Shown here: in pieces, positions 1-12,932 of the stretch
Numbering within the stretch: position 1 is the stretch's first letter
Layout: each line of letters begins with the position of its first letter
Origin: Azolla caroliniana
Taxonomy: Eukaryota > Plantae > Polypodiophyta
Length of the DNA stretch: 64,000 nucleotides
Assembly (NCBI GenBank): GCA_043228905.1
Contig: JBHGNT010000022.1
Location: 10,354,001-10,418,000, forward strand
Reading direction: 5' to 3'
Made by a program: the position numbers and the translations under genes
The notes under the pieces: model-generated
The model's input: the letters and a program-made list of their open reading frames with translations, nothing else
What the model was told of the DNA's origin: nothing
Database searches by the model: none

Positions 1-270
1 ACTCCAGTGCCTCAAATCACATGACATCCCACGAGGAGTGGTTTAGTGACTTGCTTACGCTCGATTGACCCGGTTATGTGGAGATAGGGGATGATACTAC
101 ACATCCAATCCAACATGTCGGCAATGTCCTATTCGGCAAAGAAAGCCAAAACACATGCATTAAGAATGTATTGCATGTGTCGACTATAACAAAGAATCTA
201 GTTTCTGTCAGCCAAGTTGTGGAATAAGGAATGCAAGTAGGCTTCAATAAAGGTGGATGTTTATAGAAAA
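1..270 (+). pseudogene. Ty1/copia polyprotein fragment (protease to GAG-pre-integrase region), host of element A
   Basis: Translates to SSASNHMTSHEEWF...VETGDDTTHPI...NVLHVSTITKNLVSVSQVV, homologous to copia copies at 11176-11410(-) and 48470-48710(+). Confidence 0.85.
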
Positions 271-810
271 TGTTGAGAGACAACCTAAACATGTGCCGAA
301 TCGGTTAAAGATTGATCGACTAAGCCCGAATCAGTTGAAGAAGTCGAGAGCTGAATCGAATAGAGTTTGATTTGGGTATGCCGAGTCGGGGGGAATCTGA
401 TAGGCCGTTAGGAACCTATATTCCTATTATAGTAAGTAGGAATGTTATAGGTTGTTAGTGTCAAGCTCATTTATGAGCATTCAAGTACTTGAGTTAGCCC
501 ACTCATCAAGGCTTGTATATAAATGTTGGCATAAAAGGCCGACCCCTTCCAATTTGTATCTTAGTGTGAACATGTCCAAATAGTTAGGGCTTAGTATATA
601 AGCAATAACCTAACATTGTAATACGTGCTACTTGATCATTCTTGTATCTAGAGTCTCTTTGAGAGAGAGAGAGAGAGAGAGAGCAGAAATACCAAAGTTT
701 CCATTAAAGCTTAAGAGTGTGTCTATCTTATTGTCTTCATCCTTTCTGTGTTGTTTGTTGAGTACTTCTAGACAAATCCTCAAACGTTTTTCCACGCATA
801 TCTGTTCACA
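271..810 (+). repeat. 5' LTR of copia A
   Basis: TGTTG...TCACA ends, TATA-like boxes near 517 and 595, (GA)n tract, followed by PBS. Confidence 0.85.
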
Positions 811-812
811 AC

Positions 813-824
813 TGGTATCAGAGC
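813..824 (+). other. Primer-binding site, tRNA-iMet (copia A)
   Basis: TGGTATCAGAGC 2 nt after LTR end. Confidence 0.95.
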
Positions 825-1357
825 GAACCTGTTGCTCGACAGCAACGAAACAAAAATAACTAAAGGAAAAGATCAGGTTACTTCCACAAAGAACATGACC
901 TCAACATTCAGAACAGGAGTTGTGATCCGAAAGTTCGACGGCAAAAACTTTGCCCTATGGAAGGAGATGATGCATGACTTACTGATCATTCGAAGATAGG
1001 TTAAAACCATCCGGCATAGTGAAAAGCTTGCTACAATGTCAGTTGAAGAGTGGAGATCAATAGATGAAATCGCTCACTCCACCATTTGGATGCATCTAAC
1101 CGAAAACATATACTTCAGCATGGCAAAAGAGACGACAACGTTTTCATCCTATTCTCATTGTGGGAGAAACTACAAGCTGTATAGGAGAAGAAATCCTCAT
1201 CATCGAAACTGATATTGATCAGACAACTATTCAACATGGAGATGAGAGAGACCGATCCAGCCACCTCCCACATCAATACCTTCAGCCAGGTGCTGTTTGA
1301 ACTCTCCTCCCAAGGGATTAAATTCAAAGAAGAAGTGAAAGCCCTTGTCCTCTTGTC

Positions 1358-1560
1358 TGTTGACATATTTCGGTAGTGATGTATGTGAACACACTTAGGA
1401 CAGTGATGTGTGAACACACTTAGGACAATGATGTGTGTGAACACACTTAGGACAACAGGGGCATTTTTTCCCTCTTTAGGAGGCTTTTCCCCCTATCTAT
1501 ATATACTCTCATAACCCTAAAGTGGGTAAGTTTTTTGGGATTCAAAGCCAGAACCCAATA
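1358..1560 (+). repeat. 5' LTR of B
   Basis: Direct repeat of 3138-3315; three copies of GTGATGTGTG(TG)AACACACTTAGGACA. Confidence 0.93.
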
Positions 1561-1898
1561 GTGGTATCAGAGCCAAAAAGCAACATTTGAGTAGTAAAGC
1601 AATGGCTCTCATACGTAGTCCGTATGTGCCATCTGTGGTGGCATTTTTGTTGTTGTTGAAAAAACCAATTTCTATGTGTTTTCTTCCTCTGCGCAGTTTC
1701 AGTTGTGTTTTTTTTTCTGCTTCCAACTCGATTCAATCCTAGAAAAAACCGCCTTGAGTCTTCCAAGACATTCCTATAACCCTCAGAAATAAGATTTGCT
1801 TCCCTTTTCTCTTCACTTATTCATCTTTCAAGTTAAAGAGGTATGTTATTCCCTTCAGTAGTCCATTTTTTACATCAAAATGTGTTCAATCCACGACC

Positions 1899-3125
1899 AT
1901 GGCTGAGAGCAATGATGTATTTCTGATGCTTGCTATTGAGGATAAACTGGATGGAACAAATTACCCTCTTTGGGCTTATATGATGCACCATGTATTAGTA
2001 GCAAAGGGGTTGTGGAATGTGGTTCAAGGGGCTGAAAAACGTCCTGTTGTTGAGAACACAAATGCTGATGGTACTGATTCCGTCAAGGATGTTGATCATC
2101 CTGCTCATGCCCATGCTACAGTTTCTGTTATACCAACTGCATAGCAACTTCGTTGGGATGGTAGAGCTGCTCAGGCACATGCTTTGATAGCTTTGTCTAT
2201 GAAACATGCCATTATTCCCCATATTCGCTCTTGCAAGACAACAAAGGATGCTTGGGATACTCTTACCACTTTGTACCAAGCAAGAAATGAGGCTCGTGTT
2301 GCTTATGTCCAAAAACAATTGGAGAGCGAGCACATGAATGAAGGTGATTCTATGGACAATTTTCTTACAAAAATCAAAGATTTCAAGGAACAATTAATTT
2401 ATGTTGATGAAATGATACTAGATAGTTCACTTGTGCAGACCGTTCTAAATGGTCTTCCTTATTCATATCAGAGTTTTGCTTCTACTCTTTGTTTAATGAT
2501 GAAAGGTAATCCCAATGCCTTATCATTCTAGGAGCTAGTCTTTGTTTTGTTACAAGAAGATCAGTCTAGGCAAAACAGGTCTATTATGTGTGTTGCACAT
2601 CAAGCTTTCCTAGCTAGTCAGAAGGGCAAAGGTAAATGGAACTCTTCTTCTAGCAAGCAGAGATTTGCTAATAATTCACAAGTGAATGAAAAAAAACAAG
2701 AGCACAAGCAAAAACTGTCTTGCAAATATTGTAAAGGAATTGATCATATTATGAAGAATTGTCCAAAATTGGCTGCAAAAGAGGCAAAGAAAAAGGAGGC
2801 AAGACTCGTTGTTGCAGAAGTATCTACACCAAAAATAGAGTCTGCAAATCTTGTGGAGAATGAAGAATGGGCATTTACTACTGTTTGCAATTTTGACCCA
2901 TCTTCACTTGAACAATGTATGTCTGTTGTACAATCAGATGTTTGGTACTTCGACAATGGGGCAACCAAACATATTACCTTGCAGCGCAATTTCTTCACTT
3001 CATTGGAGCTTGCCCCTACAAGGAATACTATCACATGTGCCAACAACTCATCTTATCAAGTTATGGGTGTTGGTAAGATCATTTTGACTACTGCTGATGG
3101 TGTCCTTTCATCTTGTCAAATGCTT
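1899..3125 (+). pseudogene. Element B gag + CCHC knuckle + protease
   Basis: KLDGTNYPLW, UBN2-like gag, CKYCKGIDHIMKNC, WYFDNGATKHI; in-frame stops at 2142 and 2529. Confidence 0.9.
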
Positions 3126-3137
3126 CCAAGGGGGATT

Positions 3138-3315
3138 TGTTGACATATTCGGTAGTGATGTGTGTGAACACACTTAGGACAGTGATGTGTGAACACACTT
3201 AGGACAATAGGGGCATTTTTTTCCCTCTTTAGGAGGTTTTTTCCCCCTGTCTATATATACTCTCATAACCCTAAAGTGGGTAAGTTTTTTCGGGATTCAA
3301 AGCAAGAACCCAACA
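3138..3315 (+). repeat. 3' LTR of B
   Basis: TGTTG...CAACA; only two copies of the internal repeat. Confidence 0.93.
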
Positions 3316-4442
3316 TTGTCAAGCTTGCCGGCGAGTTGGGAGGTATTCTACACGACATTTGCCAATAGTCGTCCGATCCTAAATCTAGATGAGATGATTG
3401 ACCAAGTCCTCACCGAGGACATTCGGCAAAAATCGATGGGACTCACCATCGAAGAATCGGCAGAAGCCCACCACTCGACCTAGTCGGTTGACCGATTAAG
3501 TTGATCAAAAGAACAAGCCGACAGAACCGGTCGGAATACCAATCGGTCAAGAATGAGGGGAGAGTGACATCGGTCGAAGTTGAGAACCAGTCGATCAGGT
3601 GAATTCTGCGCCCATTGCAGAAAGCCGATCACAATGTTTCCGACTGTTGGTCGATCAAGAGAAAAGAGAGTGGTTGGCGCTTCGAGGGGAATCAAGGACA
3701 ATCCGACTTGGACCACTCTCCAGTCGGCAACCAAGTTAATGTTGTTGACACCTGATCGGGAGAAATCGTCTCCTTAGAGGACTTGATGATCGGAGAAGTC
3801 CTGTACAATGCACAAGATATAAATACGTGGTTGTTGGACTTTGGTGCCACATTTTACGTAACCCCAAACATCGAATGGTTTTCAAACTATTCGCCCGATG
3901 CTAGTGGCATAGTTTGACTAGGCAACAGGCAAGAATGCAAAATCGCCGGAGTAGGTGAAGTATCAATTCAATTGTCAAATGGTAACACAATTGCCTTGCA
4001 CCAAGTTCGGCACGTACCCGCACCGAAAAGGAGTGTGGACTCCATTGGCATGTTAACCGAAGATGGGTACAGAACAACTAAACTCTGAGCGAGTTGACAT
4101 GGATGATCAACCATCGAAACCTGAAAATTGGAAGCGGGCACAAGTACAACAACTTGTACCCAATGATGGCGATCAATCCAGAAGAGGCTGTGAACGTAGC
4201 CGAAAAGACCGACCCGAACCTATGGCATGTCTGAGTTGGCCATATGTCTCAAGTTGTCCTAGATCGGCTGATAGTGGTTGGCTACATCCCTAAACTCCAA
4301 GAAAAGATGAACTTTTGCGACCATTGTTGATATGGGAAATAGACCCGAAGTCCACACTCTCTCCATTACGAGACGGTACGACAACCCCTATAGCTCGTGC
4401 ACACATATATATGTGGGCTTATGTGTGAGATATCACTAGGAG

Positions 4443-4921
4443 TGTTGTTCGGTCGACAACAACTATTGTCAACACAGTATAAGTTGAACGTTGCTCACCG
4501 AACGTTCTACCAATGAATTGTGGTTAGACGAATATATACTAAGATGGCTGTAAATTTATAAATGTTAAACAGACATCGAGATCGCTATTTACGTAATAAA
4601 GTTATGATAGAAAGGAAATAGATTGACAGACCATTTCGTACATAGAGATTTCTTAAACTAACTTTATATTACTGAATAAAACGATAGCTCTTTACACTAC
4701 CTTCGGTTCCTTTTATAGGCAACCGTAAGGACTTTCTCATCAAGAAAACATACTGCCAAAAATGGCAAGAACTACAAAATCTTTGACTAACTATAATTTC
4801 GGTTTTAATTTAATTCGGCCAAATGTTGACTCATCAATCCTCTATACCGATCCGACTCCGACTCTGACTCTGAACCTTCTACATTTCCGACTCCGACGCT
4901 TCCCCACTTGTTCGGGTAACA
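4443..4921 (-). repeat. 3' LTR of C
   Basis: Direct repeat of 39548-39955 with a ~70-bp indel; TATAAAAG on minus strand near 4712. Confidence 0.93.
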
Positions 4922-4963
4922 CTTGGCACGCCCGTGGGCCAGGGCCTTGCTCAGCGAACCCAC
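4922..4963 (-). other. tRNA-3'-half mimic at the PPT position of C
   Basis: Sense strand GTGGG ttcgct gagc aag gccc tgg CCCAC GGGCGTGCCA ag|LTR. Confidence 0.8.
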
Positions 4964-4973
4964 GGTACTCCTT

Positions 4974-7663
4974 CTACTCCTGCTGTTCCGAAGGAAGGTC
5001 CTCATCTAATTCGTCCTCCGTGTCATCCTGTAGAATATCGAACAATGAAGGTTCAAGTTGCTGCATGTCTTCCGTGTCTTTGTCTTCGGTTTCTATAAAC
5101 GTGTGTGTATCTTCGAGCGATGGTCTTGGTTTCTCTGTTTCTGGGGCTCTGAGTCCTGTTGTCTGGTTTCGCCTTTCAGATTCAAGGTTGTCTAGCTGGA
5201 CAACTGTGTCAACATCGTGTTTGTCGAATTCTTGCATAATTCGACTCACTTCTTCTCTGTGGCAAGCCGCTATCTCATACAAGTCTTAAGCAATATCTTC
5301 CTGAACAGTTGATATTGCCTCTTCTGTCATTTTGAAGAAACCTTGGCCATGAGCCTTCCTATTGTCTTTGTTGGCACGTAACAATTGAAGTTCGGCTGCT
5401 TGTTCCGACCAGGTTTTCCAACCCTTATCAATGGACTTGTTCACCATTTTCAAGGTGTTAAGCTTATGGTGTTTCAGGATAGCTCGAATTCTTTCCTCGG
5501 TTATACTTGCCTGAAATTGTGTTGCTGTCATTGTTTTTCGTAGATCATTAATTTGAGCATTATTTTCTCCTTCTGTCTGCAACAACTTGTTTTGCGCGAG
5601 TAACAAGTTAAGTCGCCTTCTTTTAGACATACCTTCCATTTTTGAACTACGTCTTTCCAGAGCTGCCCTAGCTAATTCCCATTCTTCCTGCTGTTGGTTA
5701 TATTTTTCGTTGAGTTCATTCAGCATGGTTTCTTTTCCAACCATCTCTTCTGCAAAATATTCTTCTTGTATTTTTACATATTCTTCAAGGTCCTCCAGTT
5801 GCTCAACGTTTTGGCACGTGGTTTCTTGTTGCTGTGCTAACTTTCGGCGCAACTGTTGAATCAATTCATCGTTTGCATCGAGCCATTTTCCGATTTCTGT
5901 CTTTGCTAGTTGTATCCGATCCTCCAATTTCTTGGATCTAATTTCGGCTTTTTAGGCTCTAGATTCCGCCTCCTTGAGTGCTGCTTCTAGATGTTGTAAG
6001 TTTTGTTGCCATTCTTGATCAGCCTCCAAAGGTCTGCTTGAGTCTCTCTGCAACATTTCCTCCCTTGTTTTCTACAGTTGCTCTTCTGCTTGCCGGAGTT
6101 GTTCCGTTAAGTGCTGGTTTTCGGCTTTCATGTTTGTACATTGTGTGTTTAGTACTTCCAACGCCGTTGATGATTTTTTGTATAAATAAGCCATATCTTT
6201 GGCTGCTCGGTTGGCCTTTTCATATTCTCGATGTACTTCTACCAGAGCCTCATGTAACGGTGGCATCTGAATAGCCTCGCCCTTGTTTCGTGCACTACGC
6301 TGTCGGCCGATTCGATCCAATTCATGTTGCTCTTCTGGCACGACAACTCCACTCAATGACCTTTGGATCATTATCTGATTGTAGCTCATGTACCATTCTT
6401 TCCGACATCTCCTGTAATCTTCGTGCTAACCATTCCACTAGCTCATACGATGTTCCAAATTGAAGAATAGCTGCTAGTTCATGTGCCGCTAGAGGAATGT
6501 CGGCAAAGCCTACTGCTTCTCGCACCGTTGTTATTGATGACTGCCCTTTTTGAACTTTGGTTGTGTCATTAGGATTGACCCGGGGTATTTGTGTGCTCTG
6601 TGGCTTGGTCGTTGGTTCTTTGTTTCTTCTGCATAGGCTCCTCTTGCTGAGTCTGAGGAAATTGTTGGGACCTTTGTTTCATCCTACACGGCCGTTGTGT
6701 CGGTTGTTCAGTTACGACAGGTGTTGATTTTTGTTGTGTTTATAGTGGTGTGGTGGTCCTGGGGTCCGGTTGTTGTTCAGATTCTGGCTAAGTGGCCGGT
6801 TGTTTTCCAGGTTCTGGTTATGGTGAGGCCGGTTGCTATTCGGGTTTCGGTTGTTGTTGAGGTTCTGATTGAGTGGTATCGACATGCGTCAACTCGTCTT
6901 CCTACCACTCTTCTCGTTGCACTTGTCTTGGGGGACGGAATGCTTCTGGCCGTGGTGGCCTTTGTTCTTGCTATTGGTTTTTCGATCTCTGAGTCGGAAA
7001 CAATACTGACAACCAACGAGCAAATATTGGTTTCATAGGTTTCCCTTGCTGCACCCCATTCAGTTGTTCTCATAGAGCTTCTGTTGATAGCAACCCCCAA
7101 TAAAAAAGTTTGCCCTCGTATGTGGCGATTATGAAACTGGCCTGCTTCTTGGGCATACAATAAAACTGGGGACTTACGAAGCCCACTTCCAACAAAAATT
7201 TGGTGACTTCATGGAAAAATTCATTGGCTCCTCCTTGCATTTGGAAAGCCTTCGCAGAGGGAGAATATTCCCCGAAATATGACCTTAGCACATCCTTGTC
7301 CATTTTCTGGACAACATCAAAACCTTCCCTTTTTAATTCCAAAGCAGAATGTACCTTCTTATTGGTGATTTTCGATACGTCGATTTGCTGCAAGATTTCT
7401 GCAGCACAAGGGTGAGGTTCTGCTTTTGCAACTTTGATGAAACCCTGCAGGTTCTTGTTGGCGAGCCATTGTCGCAAGTTGTCAGAAACATAAATCGCCA
7501 TATTATCGTCGTCAACTAATGAATCAAAGTTTTGTGGTGGAGGCGAAGAGAGCTTCAGGTTATGGCGAGGATAAGCAGAAAACCTTTCAGCACGTATACG
7601 CTTCTGTCTCTGTGGTGAAACAGTCGTTGTAGAAATAGGTTTTAAGCAAATAACGCATTGCAT
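4974..7663 (-). pseudogene. Extra ORF 3' of pol in C: conserved N-terminal domain, low-complexity linker, long coiled coil, acidic tail
   Basis: ORF pieces 7070-7663, 6072-6525, 5286-5927, 4974-5282; homologous to extra ORFs of E, F and G. Confidence 0.8.
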
Positions 7664-7860
7664 GATGCCTAGGGAATAGAAAAGATACTATTAATGTAAA
7701 AATCTAGGAATAGCAATAATGAGTGTTAGTTGCATGCCTCCACTACTCCTTTACTTATAGTTTGTCTAAGATGTTTCCAAGATTTTCCTTTTTGACAGTT
7801 AGTTGCATTTGTCAAGATAATCTATAGTTAGTTGCATTTGTGTGTGTGACGTATGCCACG

Positions 7861-10097
7861 TCACTTTGCATCAGCTTCGAGTTTAAATGGGTTTTTCGGC
7901 ATTGGCCCGTGATACGGTTTAAGCCAGAAGCCATTTACCCATTTTTGTAAAATCTTGCCTGATAATGTACCAACTTGATACGTCCCATTTTTGCTGTTCA
8001 CAATCCAAATTCCCAGCATTGCTCCCATCTTAGTTTGGAATATTAGTACCGGTTTTCCGATTACGAACTGTATTTCGGTCTGACGTCTGTGACGATTTAC
8101 AAATGCCTTTGTTTGCTTGTGCTTGTGTTCCAAAGCTGACATGGCCTGTATTCGTTCTTCTTCTAACAACAATAAAGCTTCTTTCTAAATTTGTTCCGAC
8201 CGTAGTTCATTTAACTTTTCAGTTGTTTGTATTGGAAGTGTCGGAATCTGAAATTCTAGTGGCATTATGGCTTCTAACCCCCGAAAGACATTCGGAAAGG
8301 AGTTGATTTAATAGATGTTTTATAAGATGTCTGATATGCCCATAAAGCACTATGAAGCTTTTGATCCCAATCTGTACGATTTTCATTGACTATCTTTTCG
8401 AGTATTGTTTGCAGTGTTTTATTTGTCGACTCTGCTAATCCATTTGCTTGTGGATAGTAAGGAGTGCTCTTCTTATGAACCAGTGCGTAATATGTGGATA
8501 GCTCATGTACAATTTTATTAATGAAATGTGTACCTTGATTGCTTACTAATTCTATCGGACACGCGAATCAACACCATATATTTTCGTACAAAAATTTGGC
8601 TATTGATTCTGCCGTATTGTCCCTAAGAGGTTTAGCTTCTACCCACTTTGTACAGTAACCTGTGGCAACAATGATGTAACGATTACCTGTACGTATGGCT
8701 GCTGGTTTAGATGGACTGACAAGATCCAATCCCCATTTTTGAAATGGCTCCAAAGGCAAAACAGGTTGGAAAGGCATTCTGTCCTTTTCTGTGGGTTGCC
8801 CCAGTCTTTGACATAAATCACATTTTCGACAATAGTCCACTACATCCTTCATTACTATCGGCCACCATAAGCCACTGTTCCATATTTTTCAGGCTATAGT
8901 TTCTCCGGCATAATGACCACATGTAATACCACAATGGGATTCTCAGAGAATTACCGATTTCTCAAATTCCGTCTACACCTTTATGATAGAGAGTATCGTT
9001 CAAAAAACAAAAATTTCAACTATGAATGACTAACCTTTTTCTTTCATCCACCGATAGATGCTCGGGTGGTAGCCCTGTTGTAAGAAAGATTGTCATCTCG
9101 GAGATCCAAGCATCCTCACTTTCTTCATTTATTTCTTGTACCCATACTGCTTCCACTTGAAAGAGTTGTCCATCCGGAAAATCGTCTCTCACACCTATGC
9201 CTTCTTCTTCGAACTCTAGTCGGCTAAGATAATCAGCAATCGCATGCTGTACTCCTGGCCGATGTAAAATGTCAAACTTGAATTCTTGCAGTAGTAATGT
9301 CCATCGTGCTAGCTTACTAGTTAATTCTTGTTTAGAGATCAAATAGAGAAGAGCAGAATGATCGACTTGCCCAAAAGGTAGTGGCAAAATTTATTGATAC
9401 TATAAATCATTCCTAACGCTTCCCTCTCGGTTGAATAATTTCTTTCCACTATCGAGAGTTTCCGACTAGCGTAATACACTGGTCTATACCAGTTCGGTTC
9501 GGATAACTGCATAAGTGCACTACCGATTGCTATATCAGATGCATCAACGAATACATGGAAGGGTTTATTCCAGTCAGGTGGTTGAACCATCAGAATTTTA
9601 GACAACATTTTCTTGAGGCACTCGTACACGTCCTGCTCCACACTTGTCCATTGAAAAGGAACTTTATGCACCGCTGTGTGCAGAGGAATGGCAACATCCA
9701 CAAGATATCTAATCATTCTGCTATGCCATCTAATCTGCCCCAAGAATTGACTAAGCCCCTTAGCATTTGTAGGTGATGGTGCTTCTAATATGGCCCTAAC
9801 CTTGTCTGGGTCAACTGCAATTCCTTCTTGGACAACAAATATGGCCTAACAGTGCTCCACTGGTAACTCCGAATGCCCATTTTGCCGGATTCAAGTTGAG
9901 CCAACCTTTCCGACATTGCTCTAAACATAGTCGTAAATGTTCGAAATGTTCCAATTTCCAACTATAAACGGCAAAATCATCCAGGAAAACTTGCATAAAT
10001 GCGGGAATGTATTCCGCAAAGATTTCCTGTATAACCCTTTGAAATGTGGCCGGAGCTGTTTTTAATCCGAACATCATTACTACTGCCACAAACACTT
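7861..10097 (-). pseudogene. Element C pol: RT C-half, RNase H, integrase
   Basis: VVMMFGLKTAPATFQ...FLDDF; VFVDASDIAIG...YYASRKLS; CDLCQ...FQKWGLD. Confidence 0.92.
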
Positions 10098-10109
10098 CAT
10101 TAGAACACG

Positions 10110-12589
10110 GGTCCGGAGATCCAGAGTTGGAGTTGAGGTCCGGAGTCGGAGGCAAGTACCAGGACGCGGACTCGTCAAACACAACATCGCGGCTCACGCG
10201 AGCTTGTTTGGTTTGGGGGTTATAGCACTTATAACCCTTCTGCTCATCCAAATACCCGACCAAGATACACTTCTCGGCTTTCACGTCCAACTTCCTCTGT
10301 TTCTCCTTCGGCACATGCACATACGCAATGCTACCGAAAACTCTCAAGTGTCGTAAATTCGGCTTCCTTCCGAAATACAGCTCATGCGCCGACACTTTGT
10401 CTCCGATCCGATTCTGGATGTACACCACGGTTCGTACCGCCTCTGCCCAATAGAACTTGGGCAAGCTCTTTTCTTCAAGCATTGCCCACGCCGCTTCTAC
10501 AATCGACCGATTTTTCCTTTCAGCCACGTCGTTTTGCTCTGGCGTATATCTACAACTGAATTCACGTCGAATTCCCAACTGTTGCAGATACCCGTTGAAT
10601 TGACCGGAAAAGTACTCTTTTCGGCCATCCGACCGTAGGCACTTCATCTTTCTTCCTATTTCCCTTTCGACGAAACTCTTGAGGTCCCGGAAACAGTCGA
10701 AGACTTCACTCTTCTTCTCAACGAGGTAGATCCACGTGTGCTGCGTATAGTCGTCGATGAAGGAGACGAAATATTGACTCCCGCCAAGACTAACGTTTTG
10801 TGTCGGCCCCCATACATCGGAATGTATCAAGTGGAGCTAGTTCCGGCTCCGGTTACACTCGTTTGGGAAAGGAAATCGATGTTGCTTCCCTAGCTAGCTG
10901 GCTTCACAAATTTGTGCCTTCTGGCCACTAAATTTGGGCAATCCGAACACCACCTGTTTCGATTGCAGGTCCTAAAGCCGTTGATAGTTGACGTGGCATA
11001 TCCACTTATGCCATAAGTCGATATCCGACTCGACTTTTTGTCCTTTCGCGAACATTGAGGTGCCACCGTCACTAGAGTCAAGGATAAACATCCTCGCGTC
11101 TCTGTGTCCTTGCGCAATAACTTGGCCCTCTTCCTCGATGAAGCACCCAAGGTGCGTAAACCGCACCTGCATCCCCTAGTCAACGATCTGACCGACTGAC
11201 ACCAGGTTCTTTGTGATAGTGGAAACATGTAACACATTCATGAGTTTCCCTTTCTGCCCGACATGGCTCAAGGGAACCTCACAGACATTCGCAATCGGAT
11301 GGGGAGAGTCGTCTCCTATTGCGACTACTCCCAGTTTCATAGGTTTTTCTAGGTACGAGAACCACTCCTTGTGGCACGTCATGTGGTTTGACGCGCCGCA
11401 GTCGACGTACCAAACCTCAGCCGACTTCGGGGTTATGTTCTTCATTGAGTTTGCTTCGTGTCTCGTCACGAAGAATGACCTTTTTCCGGATCCTTCGGCG
11501 TAGTGCGATCGCTTCCGATTTCCTTTGTCGGTCTGTTTGGAACTTGATCCGGACCCGGGTCTCTCCGAATCGACGCGCTTATTCCAGCACTCGCTCTCCT
11601 TGTGGCCTTTCTTGCCACAGTACCAGCATTCCGCGGCGGATTTCCCTTGTCGTTTCTCATCACCTCGGCACCCCCTATTTCCAGAGGGTCTGGAATTGCT
11701 GTTTGCATCACTTCGGTGCCTTCCTCCTTTATCCCGTCGGCCACCTCCATTGCGGACTGACTCACCTCGTCCGCCACGACCACAGGGCCTATCTCCCTCC
11801 GTGTACAACATCTTGCTATCGGTGTGCGTGCTCATCGACGCACCCGCGTGGTTCTCCTCTATAAGGAGCATCGACTGTAGGTCGAAAAACGACGGCGTGT
11901 TCTCCCGTGTACACACAACAATTCAGAATGCTCCGAACTTCAACGCCAGTCCCCCGAGACAGATCTACACCATCTCGGCTTCCTTGACGTTCACATTGAT
12001 AGAGGCTAAGGAGTCGCATATCTCTTTGATCTTCGAGGTGTAATCAGCCACCGACAAGTCGCGTTGTCGTAAGTTGCTCAGCTCCTATTGGAGTTGAAGC
12101 TTCCTGGCTATGGTGCTCACGGCGAAGATCTTCTTCAAGTTTTCCCACGCATCCTTTGGTGTTTTCGCATCCCAAATGTAGCTTAGGAGCTGTTCGCCCA
12201 CACAAGACGCGAAGCAGTACAGTACTTTGCTCGCCGACTGTTCCCACACTGGGAAATCTTTGTGTGCCTATTCGGGTGCTGTGTCATTTGCTCCATCAAC
12301 ATAGCTCCAGTAACCGTACCCGAGCAGGTACTGGTGCATCTTGTAAGACCAAGATGTGTAGTTGTTTCTATCGAGCTTCTCTATTGGAAGCGAGCTAGCC
12401 ATGCCTCTATCCATTTTGTTTTTCCTGTTCTTTGGTTGTGTTTTCTTCTTTGAGCTAAGGTCTGCTGCAGAGGTTCTCAACCCTCACGCTTTGATACCAT
12501 GAAAAGAATAGCGTGCGGAAGCAAGTTGAAAACTGAACACAGAAAATACGCAAGTTTAATGGAGAGCTTGAATATACACAGTACGCGGC

Positions 12590-12635
<46 letters not shown>

Positions 12636-12927
12636 CACACAACTCTTTCAAAAAATAATACTCAATTTGTACATAGGATGTGCTCAGTGAGCACTTTTAT
12701 ACAAGCGCTGACTATCGGGTTGACACAAGTACTAATAGTACTTGAATGCTCATAAATGAGCCTATTACACTAACTCCCAAAATTATTCCTTACGAGGAAT
12801 ACCATACTAACGGCCTTCCGGTTTATGCATCGATACAGCCACGTTATGCGTACTGTTTTACGCACCCAGACTATGCACTAGGTTACGCGCCGTATTACGC
12901 GCTCAATGTTGAGCTTGTCACTCAACA
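10110..12927 (-). mobile_element. Copia H, 5' half (LTR, PBS-Met, gag, PR, integrase), displaced by the inversion
   Basis: LTR 12500-12927, PBS TGGTATCAAAGC 12499-12488, CWYCGKKGHKESEC, WYVDCGASNHM, IHSDVWGP...LRSDG...AERKNR. Confidence 0.92.
12500..12927 (-). repeat. 5' LTR of copia H
   Basis: Reverse-complement match to 36261-36678; (GA)n tract. Confidence 0.92.
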
Positions 12928-12932
12928 CTTTG

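Larger units (their letters stand above)
1358..3315 (+). mobile_element. Non-autonomous copia-derived element B (TR-GAG-like: LTR-PBS-gag-PR-PPT-LTR)
   Basis: LTRs 1358-1560 and 3138-3315, PBS TGGTATCAGAGC 1562-1573, PPT AAGGGGGA before 3138, perfect TSD TTGTC (1353-1357/3316-3320). Confidence 0.93.
895..4442 (+). pseudogene. Copia A gag-protease-integrase N-terminus (split by B)
   Basis: KFDGKNFALWKEMM; LL|SSLPASWE across the B insertion; WLLDFGA protease remnant; LVHT.ICG integrase start; many stops. Confidence 0.85.

Noticed and set aside
4922-4940. Reading C, E and G as plus-strand elements with an ordinary PBS and antisense gag-pol
   Set aside because: LTR TATA boxes point along gag-pol, C and E have a second PBS at the gag end, and no PPT exists at that end either, so simple reversal does not explain the structure.
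4974-7663. Calling the extra ORF an env gene
   Set aside because: I see no signal peptide or clear transmembrane helix; position alone is not sufficient.
10098-10120. Breakpoint filler resembling the E/F LTR end (GGACCCGTGTTCTAAT)
   Set aside because: The match is short and gapped and could be chance; it is not enough to claim a templated insertion.
9811-10830. 339-aa ORF as a novel integrase-RT gene
   Set aside because: It is a chance in-frame fusion of copia H integrase and gypsy C RT at an inversion breakpoint; the same holds for 28033-28473.
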